Assembly (NCBI GenBank): GCA_963749075.1
Contig: CAVVLJ010000004.1
Coordinates: forward strand, 128,001 to 192,000
DNA from: an uncultured Pseudomonadota bacterium
Lineage (GTDB): Bacteria; Pseudomonadota; Alphaproteobacteria; JACZXZ01
DNA: 64,000 nucleotides
Direction of reading: 5' to 3'
This document shows positions 1 through 10,954 of this stretch, one piece after another; position 1 is the first letter of the stretch; every line of letters starts with the position of its first letter. A program made the position numbers and the translations under genes. The notes beneath the pieces were generated by a model. The model ran no database searches, was not told the DNA's origin, and saw nothing but the letters and a program-made list of their open reading frames with translations.

Positions 1-27
1 CCTGCTGTTGCACCGCGGCACTAGACT

Positions 28-1932
28 TTGTCGCGAATTGGGCGAAGAATCTCTGAAGTTGGCCCCCTCTTTCTCTCTATCGGGGCGCGGAGGGTTGCAT
101 TGAGCTGTTTTCGCTATGTGACGACTGGTTCCCTTTGCAGGGCGCTTGGCCTGCTCGGCGTGATCGTGGCAAGCGGCTGTGTCGAGCCCGGCCACACGGC
201 CTCCAGCAACGGCGAGACGACGGTGGTGGCACGGGACGCGGCCGTCCCGGCGGCGGCCGCCGCGGCGAGCGAGGACAAGGACGCGGGCATCTTCCAATCC
301 GCCGCCGGCTTCTATCTCGCGGCGCGCGAGGCGGACAGCAACGGCGATCTCGCCAAGGCCGCCGATTTCATGGCGGAGGCGCTCAAGCGCGATCCCGACA
401 ACATCGACCTGATGCGCGACGCCTTCCAGCTCAAGCTGGCCGACGGCCGCCTCGACGACGCGAAAGCGCTGGCCGAGCGCCTGGTGGCGAAGCAGCCCGA
501 CAGCCAGCTCGCCAACGCCGTGCTGGCCCTCGAGGAGGCCCGGGCCGGCCGCTTCGCGGAAAGCGAGGCGCGCATGGCCAAGCTGCCGCGGACCGGGCTC
601 GGCGGCGTGCTGGCACCTCTCATCGAGGGCTGGTCGCTGCAAGGCGAGGGCAAGACCGACGAGGCGCTCAAGGCGCTCGACCAGCTCTCGGGCGTGCGCG
701 GCTTCGGCGTGCTGCACGACTTTCATGCCGCCTTCATCGACGAGATCGCCGGCCGCCCGGCTGCGGCCGAGGCCGCGTTCAAGGCGACGATGGCTGCGGA
801 GAGCGCGCCCTCCTTCCGCGTGGTCCAGGCGTTTGCCGAATTCTACGCGCGCCAGGGCCGCCTCAAGGAGGCGCTCGCCCTCTTCGAGAGCTACCGCAAG
901 AGCAATCCGGACACGGTGCGCATCGGGCTCACGCTCAAGGCGCTCAACTCGGGGAAGCAGCCGCCGCTCCACCCGAAGGATGCCGCCGAGGGGATGGCCG
1001 AGGCGCTCTTCGATGTGGGCTCGGCGCTGCGCCAGGATCAGGGCTCCCGCTTGGCGCTCGGCCTCATGCGCCTGGCGCTCTACATGCAGCCCAGCCTGAC
1101 GATCGCCAGCATGACCCTCGGCGACATGCTCGAGGGCGAGCGCCGCGACGAGGAGGCGCTGGCGATCTACCGCGGCATAGCTGCCGACTCGCCGCTCCAT
1201 TTCTCGGCGCAACTGCGCATCGCCGACGTGCTGCGCGAGGGGGACAAGCTCGACGAGGCGATCAAGGTGCTCGAAGCGCTCGCCGCCGAATGGCCCGACA
1301 GCTTCGAGCCGCTGGCGACCGAGGGCGACTATCTGCGCTCCGCCGAGCGCTTCGCCGACGCGGCCAAGGCCTACGACCTCGCGCTCGCCCGCGTGAAGAC
1401 CGTCGATACGCAGGACTGGTCGCTCTTCTATGCGCGCGGCGTGGCCTTCGAGCGCGCCGGCGAGTGGCCGCAGGCGGAGAAGGATTTCCTCGAGGCGCTC
1501 AAGCTCTCGCCGGATCAGCCGAGCGTGCTCAATTATCTCGGCTACTCCTGGGTCGACCGCGGCGAGAATCTGCCGAAGGCGAAGGAGTTCATCGAGCGCG
1601 CGGTGCAGCTCAAGCCCGACGACGGCTACATCGTCGACAGCCTCGGCTGGGTGCTCTACCGCCAGGGCGATTACCAGGGTGCCGTGAGCAACCTCGAGCG
1701 CGCGGTCGAGCTCAGGCCGGATGATCCGGTGATCAACGACCATCTCGGCGACGCCTATTGGCGCGTGGGACGCCTGGACGAGGCGCGCTTCCAGTGGAAG
1801 CGCGCGCTCACCCTCAAGCCCGAGCCCGATCTCGTGACGACGATCGGCGACAAGCTGCAGCACGGCCTCAAGGCCACCGGCAAGACGGGCGAGCGCGACG
1901 GTTCCGGCAAGACGGGCGAGCACGACAGTTGA
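28..1932 (+). CDS. Tetratricopeptide-repeat (TPR) protein, probably exported or a lipoprotein; true start may be downstream of 28
   Basis: Multiple TPR helices; C-terminal [22 protein letters not shown] typical of the alphaproteobacterial TPR gene upstream of ispE; hydrophobic stretch ending VASGC. Confidence 0.85.
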   Translation: MSRIGRRISEVGPLFLSIGARRVALSCFRYVTTGSLCRALGLLGVIVASGCVEPGHTASSNGETTVVARDAAVPAAAAAASEDKDAGIFQSAAGFYLAAREADSNGDLAKAADFMAEALKRDPDNIDLMRDAFQLKLADGRLDDAKALAERLVAKQPDSQLANAVLALEEARAGRFAESEARMAKLPRTGLGGVLAPLIEGWSLQGEGKTDEALKALDQLSGVRGFGVLHDFHAAFIDEIAGRPAAAEAAFKATMAAESAPSFRVVQAFAEFYARQGRLKEALALFESYRKSNPDTVRIGLTLKALNSGKQPPLHPKDAAEGMAEALFDVGSALRQDQGSRLALGLMRLALYMQPSLTIASMTLGDMLEGERRDEEALAIYRGIAADSPLHFSAQLRIADVLREGDKLDEAIKVLEALAAEWPDSFEPLATEGDYLRSAERFADAAKAYDLALARVKTVDTQDWSLFYARGVAFERAGEWPQAEKDFLEALKLSPDQPSVLNYLGYSWVDRGENLPKAKEFIERAVQLKPDDGYIVDSLGWVLYRQGDYQGAVSNLERAVELRPDDPVINDHLGDAYWRVGRLDEARFQWKRALTLKPEPDLVTTIGDKLQHGLKATGKTGERDGSGKTGEHDS

Positions 1933-2810
1933 AGCCGGCGCTCCGCGCCGCAGCGCCGGCCAAGCTCAATCTCTATCTCCACGTCGTGGGACGGCGCGCC
2001 GACGGCTATCACCTGCTCGACAGCCTCATCGCCTTCGCCTCCGTGCACGACACCCTCGCGGCGGCCCCTGCCGAGGCGCTCAGCCTCGCCGTGACGGGGC
2101 CCTTCGCTCAGGCGCTCGCCGCCGAGTCCGAGAACCTCGTGCTCAAGGCAGCACGCCTCCTCGCGGCCGAGACCGGGCGCGCGCCCGCGGCCGCCATCAC
2201 GCTCGAGAAGCGCCTTCCCGTGGCATCCGGCATCGGCGGCGGCTCGGCGGATGCGGCGGCGGCACTCGCCGTGCTCGCGCGGCTCTGGGGGGTGCCGATC
2301 GGCGAGCCGGCGCTCATGGCGCTGGCACTCCGCCTCGGCGCCGACGTGCCCATGTGCTTGAATGGACGGGCCGCCTTCGCGGGCGGCATCGGCGAGGAGC
2401 TGGCAGCGGCACCGCCGCTTCCCGAGGCCGGGCTCCTCCTCGTCAATCCGGGCGTAGCCCTGCCGACGGCAGCCGTCTTCGGCGCGCGCGAGGGCGCCTA
2501 TTCCGCACCCGCGCGCTTCCGCGAGGCGCCGCGCGACGCGGCAGCGCTCGCCGGTCTCCTTGCAACGCGCCGCAACGACCTCGCCGCCGCCGCCCGGCAG
2601 CTCGCCCCCGCGATCGGCACGGTGCTGACAACTCTGGCCGCGGCACCCGGCTGTCTTCTCGCGCGCATGTCGGGGAGCGGCGCCACCTGCTTCGGGCTCT
2701 TTCCCAGCGCCGCCGCCGCCGCCGCCGCCGCACCGGCCGTGGCGCGTCCCGGCTGGTGGGTGGCGCCCGCGCACCTCGTCACGGACGCCGCCTCGCTCGC
2801 GCCGGATTAG
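1929..2810 (+). CDS. ispE: 4-diphosphocytidyl-2-C-methyl-D-erythritol kinase
   Basis: [35 protein letters not shown] and MSGSGATCF motifs; TTG start overlaps the TPR stop (TTGA). Confidence 0.95.
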   Translation: MKPALRAAAPAKLNLYLHVVGRRADGYHLLDSLIAFASVHDTLAAAPAEALSLAVTGPFAQALAAESENLVLKAARLLAAETGRAPAAAITLEKRLPVASGIGGGSADAAAALAVLARLWGVPIGEPALMALALRLGADVPMCLNGRAAFAGGIGEELAAAPPLPEAGLLLVNPGVALPTAAVFGAREGAYSAPARFREAPRDAAALAGLLATRRNDLAAAARQLAPAIGTVLTTLAAAPGCLLARMSGSGATCFGLFPSAAAAAAAAPAVARPGWWVAPAHLVTDAASLAPD

Positions 2811-2840
2811 GCGCCGCTGCCGCCCGAGAGCGCTTCCGGC

Positions 2841-4974
2841 TCACTGCTGTCCCGAGAGCTTCCGCATATAGTCGAGGAGCGCGCTCGAGGCGCTGCCGTC
2901 GACCTCGAGCCCCGAACTCGCGCTGGAAGGAGCGGATGGCGTTCGCCGTGCGCGGCCCCATGCGCCCGTTGGCCGGACCGGGGTCGTAGCCGAGCGCATT
3001 GAGGAGCTTCTGGATGTCGGCGACCGCGGCCGCACCCTCCGTCTCGGCGCCCGCTGCGGGCTTGGCCGGCGGCGGCTCGCTGCGCGCCGCGACTGCGGGC
3101 GCGGGCCGCGGTGCTGCGGGCACGGGCGAGGCCAGCGCCTTGGCAGGCCGGGCAGCCGGGCGCGCGGCCGCGGCGGGTGCGGCGCTTCCGGGCTGATAGG
3201 ATGGTCTGGCCGGGATCGCGGAGGCCGCCGCCTCGTAGCGGCGGGTGCCCTCGGCGATCGTCTGCGGCGTCATCTTGGCGGTGAGCGAGGTCAGATACTT
3301 CTCGGCCGCCGCGGCGCCGCCGCGCTGGGCGATCCTATACCACTTATAGGCCTCGACCGCGTCCGCCGGGCCGCCGCGGCCATCCTCGAACAGCACGCCG
3401 AGATTGAGGGCCGCGACCGCGAGGCCCTGCTCGGCGGCTTGCGAGAACCATCTGCGCGCCTCCTTGTCGTCCTGCTCGACGCCTTTGCCGTCCGCATAGG
3501 CGGTGCCGATGTTGTATTCGCCGGGCGGATAGCCCTGGCGGGCGGCGCTCAGGTACCAGCGGATCGCCTCCTTCTCGTTCTTCTCGATGCCGAGGCCCTG
3601 CTGATAGAGCACGCCGAGATTGTACTCTGCGCCCGCGATGCCCTGGAGCGCCGACTCGCGGAACCAGTGGGCGGCCGCGGCGTAATCCTGCGGCAGCTCG
3701 TCCCCGCGCACATAGAGCGTCGCCAGGTCGTATTGGGCGCGCGGGTCGCCGCCCTTGGCGAGCAATTCGATCTCCTTGACGCCGATCGCCCCGCGCTGTG
3801 CCGGCGCCTCGGCTTTGGCGGCCGGCACCGCTGCTGCGGCCGTGGGCGGCGCCGGCTTGGGCACCGGCAAGGGCAGCGGGGCGGCTGCGGCGGGCGGCAG
3901 CGCCGCCGTCTGGGGCTCGCTCGCGGCCGGCGTGGGCTCGGGCGCTGCCGCCGTCGGCGCGGTCGCGGCCGGCGCCGGTGCTGCCGGGCTCGCCGCGGGC
4001 GGCGCGGCCTCTCCTTGCGGCGGTGCCGCCGCCGGTGCGGCCGTTGCGGCCGGTGCCGCCGGTGCTGTCGCTGCCGCGGGTGCGGCCGGTGCCGCGGGTG
4101 CGGCTGGTGCCGTCGTTGCCGCCTGCTGCTCCGCCGGTTTGGCAGGCTCGCCGCTCGCGGCGGCCGGCGCCCCGGCGCTGGGGCCGGCTGCCGTCTCGAC
4201 CGGCCGTCCGCGGCTGAAGGCGAAGATGCCCCAGGCGACGAGGCCGAGGAGGAGCAGCGCCCCGGCACCCAGTGCGAGCTGGCGCATGCGCCGCGGCCGC
4301 GGCGTTTGCGCGCCGCTCTTCTCCGTCCCTTGCCCGGCGCCCTGGCGGAGACGGCGCGCGAGCTCGTTCGTGCGCTCCACGGCGGAGAGCGCCACGGCCG
4401 TGCCGAGCGGCGACTCCTCGCCATGGAAGGAATGCCCGGAGGCTTCCTCGCCGGCCGCGGCATCGTGAGCGGGTGGAGGCGGCTCGGGATCGAGGCGCAG
4501 CTCCGGTGCCGCGGGGTCGCGCGGCACGATCGGCTCGGCCGCGGGATTGTCCGCGTGCAGCTCGGGGAGATGGGGGGGCATATCCGTGCCTTCGGCAACG
4601 GGCCGGGCGGCCGCGTCCTCGGCGCTGTCATGGGCGTCGGGTGCTGCGCCAGCCTCGGGCGGCGCTGCTGCCGGCTCGGTGCTGATGCGGCGCAAGGCGA
4701 GCTTCAGCTCGGCGAGCTCGCGCGCCCTCGCCTCGGCGGTATCGGCCGGCTCTTGCGGCCCCGGCGCCGCGGCCAGCGTCCCCGCGGCGGCAGCGCTCCG
4801 GCTGCGCAGCGCATTGAGCCGCGCGAGGAGCTCCCGGTCACCCTCCGTGCCGGCCGCCGCTCCGCGCGCCAGCCACTCCTCGACGCTCACGCCGGCCGCG
4901 TGCGCCGCCGCCTCGGCGAGCTCGAGCGTCTCCGGGTCGAGATCCTTGGGCTGGAGCGGCGTCTCGGGGGCCAT
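2841..4974 (-). CDS. PodJ-like protein: N-terminal PodJ motif, Ala/Pro linker, TM helix, Sel1 repeats, C-terminal peptidoglycan-binding domain; +1 frameshift near 2910
   Basis: ELAEAAAHAAGVSVEEWL N-terminus; Sel1 repeats (AQYDLATLY..G..QDYAAAAHWFRESA); IQKLLNALGYDPGPANGRMGPRTANAIRSFQREFG continues as LEVDGSASSALL in another frame after a GGGG run. Confidence 0.75.
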
Positions 4975-5112
4975 CAAAAGCTCTCCGCAAAGGGTCGGCG
5001 AAACATATCAGGAATCACCGCGCGCGTGAATTGCGTCGGCCCGGGCCGGGCGCGCCGCGTCGAGGAGTTGCGGGCACGCCGATTGGGCGCTAAACCCTAG
5101 GCCGCGCACGGA

Positions 5113-5186
5113 TGGGGCGTGGCCAAGTGGTAAGGCAACGGATTTTGGATCCGTGATCCCAGGTTCGAATCCTGGCGCCCCAGCCA
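5113..5186 (+). tRNA. tRNA-Gln (anticodon TTG)
   Basis: TGGGGCG/CGCCCCA acceptor stem, D-loop AAGTGGTAA, anticodon arm ACGGA-TTTTGGA-TCCGT, T-loop GGTTCGAATCC, encoded CCA. Confidence 0.95.
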
Positions 5187-5195
5187 GCGCCTCAT

Positions 5196-5300
5196 TGTCC
5201 GGCCCGGAGACATGGGTAACGGAACGTACCTAAGACATGGGTGACAACCCTGGGCCGAAATGGTTGTCGAGGGGTTGCAGGATCCGGAGGTGAATCCAGC
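5196..5300 (-). mobile_element. IS481-family right-end remnant
   Basis: TGT terminus 9 nt after the tRNA; two internal AGACATGGGT repeats; minus-strand peptide LQPLDNHFGPGLSPMS resembles an IS481 transposase C-terminus; rest of the element absent. Confidence 0.65.
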
Positions 5301-5368
5301 ATGTCGTTGACGGCGGACAGATCGCGGCGCCCATGCCTCCCGATCGATCCGCCGCCGAGGCAATTTCG

Positions 5369-5406
5369 TATATCTTTTGGATATATATTAGTTTATCCAT
5401 AGGATA
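5369..5406. promoter_or_regulatory. Probable autoregulatory operators of the mazEF operon
   Basis: Two AT-rich palindromes, TATATC-N5-GATATA and TATCC-N3-GGATA, just upstream of the antitoxin start. Confidence 0.5.
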
Positions 5407-5427
5407 CACATTTTGGGCACGACCAAT

Positions 5428-5673
5428 ATGCCAATACAGGTTCAGATCGCCAAATGGGGCAACAGCCTCGGCCTCCGGGTGCCAAGAGACATTGCCGCTC
5501 GGGTGGGTCTCACCGAAGGCGCCCGCGTCGATATCGAGGCCTCCGATGACGGCCGGATCATCATCACCCGCTCTCGGCGGCATTTTAGCCTCGACGAGTT
5601 GCTGGCGGAGATGACACCCGAACGTGAGCACACCCTCGAGGATGATGGCCCGGTCGGCGAGGAAATCATCTGA
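5428..5673 (+). CDS. mazE: AbrB/MazE-family antitoxin
   Basis: IAKWGNSLGLRVP motif; SLDELLAEMTPE..H..D.GPVGEEI C-terminus; TGATG overlap with the toxin. Confidence 0.92.
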   Translation: MPIQVQIAKWGNSLGLRVPRDIAARVGLTEGARVDIEASDDGRIIITRSRRHFSLDELLAEMTPEREHTLEDDGPVGEEII

Positions 5674-6005
5674 TGGCGCTTCCTGATCGCGGCAGCCTGG
5701 TTTGGCTGCATTTCTCGCCCCAGGCCGGCAGCGAGCAGGCGGGCCGCCGTCCCGGCATCGTCCTGACCAAGGCCGCCTATCACCGGCGTTCACGGCTCGC
5801 GGTCGTCTGCCCAATCTCCAGCCGGGAAAAGGGATGGCCGATGGAGGTGAAGTTGCCCCCAGGCCTGCCGGTCGCCGGTGTCGTCCTGGTTGACCATGTC
5901 AGGAGCGTTGACCGCGAGGCGCGCAGAATGGAAGTCGTTGGTGAAGCGCCGCTCCAAGTGCTCGACGAAATCGACGCCCGGCTGGCGCCGCTCTTGAGCT
6001 TGTAG
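5673..6005 (+). CDS. mazF: PemK/MazF-family endoribonuclease toxin
   Basis: FSPQAGSEQAGRRP, VCPISS and VDHVRSVD motifs. Confidence 0.92.
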   Translation: MALPDRGSLVWLHFSPQAGSEQAGRRPGIVLTKAAYHRRSRLAVVCPISSREKGWPMEVKLPPGLPVAGVVLVDHVRSVDREARRMEVVGEAPLQVLDEIDARLAPLLSL

Positions 6006-6347
6006 CTCACGTTCGCACGGCAAGCTTAGCAACGAAAGGCGGTTTGAATAGCAGGGTGCCGTGGGAGCGCTTCCGCTGCCTCACTGTCGTGGCTGTCCAT
6101 GAGCGTTCCCAGGGGCGAGCCGCGCTCGCCGTCATTAAAGCCAATTGCGATTTGATTAATTAGTGCCCGAGGTAGCCAAAGCGGACTCAACAAGCGCAAC
6201 TCGCCTAGGGCATCGGCAGACGGCCGCTGCTGCACCCCGCAGACGCGCGCCCAATGCTTCGATCGCGATCGAAGCGTTCCCGCTCGACAAGCGGACGTGG
6301 CCGGCTCACAGTCAGCGCTCCGCCCTTGCGCGATTCGGGAGACCGCC

Positions 6348-6668
6348 ATGTTGACGCTCTGCATCCGCTACACCCTCGACCACAACAAGCTCGGCCATTT
6401 CGAGGGTTATGCGCGGACCTTGCTCGGACAGATCGAGCGCTCCGGCGGCAAGCTCCTCGGCTACTTCGTGCCGACGAAGGTCGCCGGGCGGACCGATACC
6501 GCCCTGGCGCTCATCGATTTTGCCGATCTCGCAAGTTACGAGCAGTATCGCGCGAAACTGATGGCGGACCCGGAGGCTGCCGAGAACGTGCGCCGCGTCG
6601 AGGCGAGCGGCGTTATCCTGAATGAGGAGCGCTCGTTCCTCCACCGCGTGACAGCACCCGGCGAATGA
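6348..6668 (+). CDS. NIPSNAP-family protein
   Basis: MLTLCIRYTLD..FEGYA..GYFVP..ALALIDFADLASYEQYR; GGAG RBS before ATG 6348. Confidence 0.8.
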   Translation: MLTLCIRYTLDHNKLGHFEGYARTLLGQIERSGGKLLGYFVPTKVAGRTDTALALIDFADLASYEQYRAKLMADPEAAENVRRVEASGVILNEERSFLHRVTAPGE

Positions 6669-6716
6669 GGTGCCGGAGTCGGCCGCTCGCCTTGCCGCCA
6701 GCCGAGGAGAAGCACG

Positions 6717-7394
6717 ATGTTTGCGGTGATCTTCGAAGTGCAGCCCAAGAAGGAGCGTTGGGAGGAGTACCTGAGCCTCGCCAGGCTGCTCAAGCCGGAG
6801 CTCGAGCGCATCGACGGCTTCATCGACAACGAGCGCTTCGCGAGCAGGCGCCGGGAGGGCCGCCTCCTCTCCCTCTCCATCTGGCGCAACGAGAAGTCGC
6901 TCGTGCGCTGGCGCACGCAATCCGCCCATCACGCGGTGCAGGAGAAGGGCCGCTTCGAGGTCTTCGCGGACTATCGCTTGCGCGTCGGCGAGATCACCGC
7001 CGACAGCGAGGCAGCACCCGGGCCGAGGCTGGCCGACCAGCGCCTCGACGAGACCGAGGCCGGCGAGGCCAAGGCCGTGACGATCAGCGGGTTGGCACCG
7101 GCGGAAGGCGAGCGGCCGGCCAGCGCCGATCTCGCCGGCGATGCGGGGCTGCCGGCGGCGGGGACGGAGGGCGTCCTCGACCACGAGAGTTTTGCGAGCA
7201 TCTACCGGCCGGGGACGCTGCTGCTCCTCGTCTCGTGGCACGACGCGGCGGCCGCGGAGCGCTGGACGCCGCGGGCGGTCGCGGGTGCGATGCTCCGCCA
7301 TCGCCGCGTGCGCGTCATCCGCGACTACGGCATGTTCGACCGCCGCGAGGCGCCGCAATACTACGCCGAGGTCGCCCGCCCGCGCTCGCCCTAG
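6717..7394 (+). CDS. Antibiotic biosynthesis monooxygenase (ABM) family protein, two domains
   Basis: MFAVIFEV..IDGFIDNERF..LLSLSIW..WR..H..Q..GR..F.DYRLRV; C-terminal RDYGMFDRREAP. Confidence 0.85.
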   Translation: MFAVIFEVQPKKERWEEYLSLARLLKPELERIDGFIDNERFASRRREGRLLSLSIWRNEKSLVRWRTQSAHHAVQEKGRFEVFADYRLRVGEITADSEAAPGPRLADQRLDETEAGEAKAVTISGLAPAEGERPASADLAGDAGLPAAGTEGVLDHESFASIYRPGTLLLLVSWHDAAAAERWTPRAVAGAMLRHRRVRVIRDYGMFDRREAPQYYAEVARPRSP

Positions 7395-7421
7395 GCCCAG
7401 GGCGGGTTGCGGCGCTTGGCC

Positions 7422-8186
7422 TCAGCCGGGCTCCATGCCGGTCGCCTTGATGACCTTCGTAGCCTCGGGCGAGGTGAGGAACTTGAGGAAGGCCTTGGCC
7501 GCCTCCACCGCTTCCGCCTTGGCGTTGGTGCCGATGCCGGCGGCAAATTCGGTGATCGCCTGGAGCTCGGCCGGCATGGGGCCCACGAGCTCGACGCCCG
7601 CGACCGGCACGATCTCGCTCACCTGCTGGATGCTGAGCTCGCATTGGCCGTTGAGGAGCAAATCCTCGCTGCGCACGGTGCCGGCCGAGAGCACGGTCTT
7701 GGGCTTCATCGCCGCGGCGATGCCGAGGCGCTCCATCACGCCCGCGGCATAGACGCCGCTCGCCCCCTTCTCGCTGTAGCACACCGACTTGGCCGCCAGC
7801 ATGGCGCGCTTGAACGCCTCGACGCTCGAGATGTCGGGCTTGGCGCCGCCCTTCAGCATGCCGACGCCGGCGCCCGAGCGCGCGATCTCGGTGCGCGAGG
7901 CGGCGGCGACCTTGCCGTCCTTGATGAGGGCGTCGAGCACGGGGCCGGTCAGGATCGTCACGTCGAAGGGGGCGCCGGCCTCGAGCTGACCCTTGAGAAC
8001 GTTGGCGACGCCCCAGGCGATGACGAGCTTGTTGCCGCTCGCGCGCTCGAACTCGGGCGCCAGCGTCTCCACCACCGCCTTCACCCCGATCGTGCTGGTG
8101 AGCTCTACCTCGGCGGCGCGCGCGCCGGCGAGCGGGGCGAGCAGCAGGCAGGCCGCCGCCGCCGCGATTGGCCAATGCCTTGTCAT
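7422..8186 (-). CDS. ModA-like (molybdate-type) periplasmic substrate-binding protein, stand-alone
   Basis: Signal peptide; PEFERASG, PDISSVEAFK, GASG, QQVSEI..V.G..VGP.P.ELQ motifs. Confidence 0.8.
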   Translation of the reverse strand: MTRHWPIAAAAACLLLAPLAGARAAEVELTSTIGVKAVVETLAPEFERASGNKLVIAWGVANVLKGQLEAGAPFDVTILTGPVLDALIKDGKVAAASRTEIARSGAGVGMLKGGAKPDISSVEAFKRAMLAAKSVCYSEKGASGVYAAGVMERLGIAAAMKPKTVLSAGTVRSEDLLLNGQCELSIQQVSEIVPVAGVELVGPMPAELQAITEFAAGIGTNAKAEAVEAAKAFLKFLTSPEATKVIKATGMEPG

Positions 8187-8417
8187 TTGTCCCTCCCTTC
8201 GAGGATGCCCTTGCGCCGGCCGCAGGAGGCCGCGAGACCCTTCGTGTTGCTTGGCGCCAGTCTAGGGCAGGGCCGTCGTCGTGCGCAAATGGCCTTGCGC
8301 GCCGTGAGCGGCGCTTTTGGCAGCGCTCCCGCTTGCGGTTATGCTGGCTCAAGGCAGCGCAAGGCCGCCGGTCAGCCGAGCCTCGCGAGACGCGACTGCC
8401 GCGGACGATACAGCGCC

Positions 8418-9821
8418 ATGACGAGCAGCGATTGCAAGACCCCGGCCGCGAGCGCCGCGGACGACGAAGGCGGCGGATTGCCGGCAGCCGCCCGCCTCTG
8501 GGCGATCGCCACGGTGGTGCTCGGCATCTCCCTATCGGTGCTCGACGGGGCGATCGCCAACATAGCGCTGCCTACGATCGCGCGCGATCTTAAGGCCAGC
8601 GCGGTCGATTCGATCTGGGTCGTCAATGCCTACCAGCTCGCCATCACCATAACGCTCTTGCCCTTCGCCTCGCTCGGCGACATCGTCGGCTACCGCCGCA
8701 TCTATCTCCTCGGGCTCGCCGTCTTCACCCTCTCCTCGCTCGGCTGCGCGCTCTCCGGCTCGCTCACGGTGCTCACGCTGGCGCGCGTTCTCCAGGGCTT
8801 CGGCGCCGCCGGCATCATGAGCGTCAGCATGGCGCTCGTCCGCTTCATCTATCCGCGCCAGATGCTCGGCCGCGGCCTCGGCATCAACGCGATGGCGGTC
8901 GCCGTCTCCTCGGCGGTAGGCCCCACGGTGGCTTCCGCCATTCTCTCCGTCGCCCACTGGCAGTGGCTCTTCGCCGTCAACATCCCGATCGGGATCGCGG
9001 CCCTCCTTCTCGGCCTCAAGGCACTGCCGCGGGTCGCCGGCCAAAGACACCCCTTCGATTTCAAGAGCGCCGTTCTCAGCGCCGTGACCTTCGGCCTCCT
9101 GATCACCGGCATCGACGCGCTCGGCCACGAGCTCAAGCCGGCGCTGGCGGCGCTCGAGTTCGCAGGCGCCCTTGCCTGCGGCGTCGTCCTCGTCCGCCGT
9201 CAGCTCAGCATGCCGGCGCCGCTCCTCCCCGTCGATCTCCTGCGGCGGCCCCTCTTCGCGCTCTCGATCGGCACCTCGATCTGCTCGTTCACCGCCCAGA
9301 TGCTGGCCTTCGTCTCGCTGCCCTTCTATTTCCAGGACGAGCTCGGGCGCACCGCCGTGGCGACCGGCTTCCTGATGACCCCGTGGCCCATCGCGGTCGC
9401 CATCATCGCACCCATCTCCGGCCGCCTCTCGGACCGCTTCTCGGCAGGGCTCCTGGGCGGCATCGGGCTCGCGGCACTCGCCGCCGGCCTGGCGCTGATG
9501 GCCGGCTTGCCGGCGCATCCCGGCTGGGGCGAGATCGCCTGGCGGATGGCGCTCTGCGGCTTCGGCTTCGGCCTCTTCCAGTCGCCCAACAACCGCGCGA
9601 TGGCAACCTCGGCGCCCAAGGAGCGAAGCGGAGGTGCCAGCGGCATGCTGAGCACGGCGCGTCTCCTCGGCCAGACGACGGGTGCTGCCCTCGTCGCCCT
9701 CATCCTCGGCCTCGTCCCGCAGCACGGCACCACGGTCGCCCTGCTTACGGCCGCCACCTTCGCAGGCCTCGCGGCCGTGGTGAGCAGCATGCGCCTGACC
9801 GCTCTCGGCAATCCCGCTTGA
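8418..9821 (+). CDS. MFS transporter, DHA2 (EmrB/QacA-like)
   Basis: LDGAIANIALPTIA, WVVNAYQL, ARVLQGFG and FQSPNN motifs; about 14 hydrophobic segments. Confidence 0.9.
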   Translation: MTSSDCKTPAASAADDEGGGLPAAARLWAIATVVLGISLSVLDGAIANIALPTIARDLKASAVDSIWVVNAYQLAITITLLPFASLGDIVGYRRIYLLGLAVFTLSSLGCALSGSLTVLTLARVLQGFGAAGIMSVSMALVRFIYPRQMLGRGLGINAMAVAVSSAVGPTVASAILSVAHWQWLFAVNIPIGIAALLLGLKALPRVAGQRHPFDFKSAVLSAVTFGLLITGIDALGHELKPALAALEFAGALACGVVLVRRQLSMPAPLLPVDLLRRPLFALSIGTSICSFTAQMLAFVSLPFYFQDELGRTAVATGFLMTPWPIAVAIIAPISGRLSDRFSAGLLGGIGLAALAAGLALMAGLPAHPGWGEIAWRMALCGFGFGLFQSPNNRAMATSAPKERSGGASGMLSTARLLGQTTGAALVALILGLVPQHGTTVALLTAATFAGLAAVVSSMRLTALGNPA

Positions 9822-9856
9822 GCGGCGATGGGCCCGCGCATGATGGAAAGAGCCCG

Positions 9857-10865
9857 ATGAGAAAAGGACGCAGCGGCAAGCCGCCGGCCCATCTCCACAT
9901 CGAGAACCTGCGCGCGCTCGGCGAGGTGTTCGAGGCCACGCCCAGGCGCGTCAAGGAGGCGCTCGCGCGGCGCCCCTGGCTCGAGGGCCGCGTGCGCATC
10001 ACGATCGGCTACGACGGCGACATCTACGGAAAGGCGATGCGCACGGCGGATGCCCTCTTCGGCTGGCGCTTCGAGCGCCGCGATCTTGGCAGCCTGGCGC
10101 CCAGGCTCAAATGGGTGCACGCGCATGGCGCCGGCGTCAATCACCTGATGCCGCTCGACTGGCTGCCCAAGGGGGCGGTTTTGACCAACAGCCGCGGCGT
10201 GCACGGCCCGCGGGCGGACGAGTACACGGTCATGGCGCTCCTCATGCTCAACAACGGCCTGCCGCGCATGGCCGCCAACCAGCGCTGCGGCAAGTGGGAG
10301 CAGGTCTTCGAGAGCTCGATCGCCGGCAAGACGCTTCTCGTCGTGGGCGTGGGCCACGTCGGCGGCGGTGCGGCGCGCTGGGCCAAGCGCTTCGGGCTCC
10401 ACGTCATCGGCGTGCGCCGCTCGGGGCGGCCGCACCGCCACGTCGACGAGATGCACCGCCCCGAGGCGCTCCGCCGCCTCCTGCCGCGCGCCGATTTCGT
10501 ATTGGTTGCAGCACCGCATACGGCGGAGAGCCATCATCTCATCGGTGCCGGCGAGCTCGCCCTCATGAAGCGCGGTGCCGGCCTCGTCAACTACAGCCGC
10601 GCCGAGCTCGTCGATTACGCGGCCCTCGGGCGCCATCTCGCGGCCGGGCGGCTCGCCGCCGTGCTCGAACGTCTTCGAGTCGGAGCCGCTGCCAAAGAAT
10701 TCACCCCTCTGGAAGACGCCCAACCTCATCATCACGCCCCATTCCTCGTCGGACGACCGCGCGCTCTATACGCCCAAGACGCTCGACCTCGTGATGGAGA
10801 ACCTCGAGCGCCTCATCAAGGGCAAACGCTTGCGCAACCGGGTGAGCGCCAAGCGCCAGTATTAG
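9857..10865 (+). CDS. D-2-hydroxyacid dehydrogenase family; +1 frameshift near 10668
   Basis: GVGHVG Rossmann motif, NYSR; AVL(D)VFESEPLP..LW..PNLIITPHSS is completed in the 10575..10865 frame. Confidence 0.85.
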
Positions 10866-10954
10866 CGTGGGCCGGCGCCTCGATTGCCGCCGCGCGCGAA
10901 ATGCGCTAACCAAGCCTGTGGGCGAACGCAACGCGGTTTCCAAACGGGAGATCG

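Noticed and set aside
4030-4115. GCCGGTGCC-type repeats inside the PodJ-like gene
   Set aside because: Explained by the Ala/Pro low-complexity linker
7407-8417. N-terminal extension making the MFS gene an 804-aa fusion
   Set aside because: The extension is antisense to the ModA-like gene; the MFS domain starts near ATG 8418
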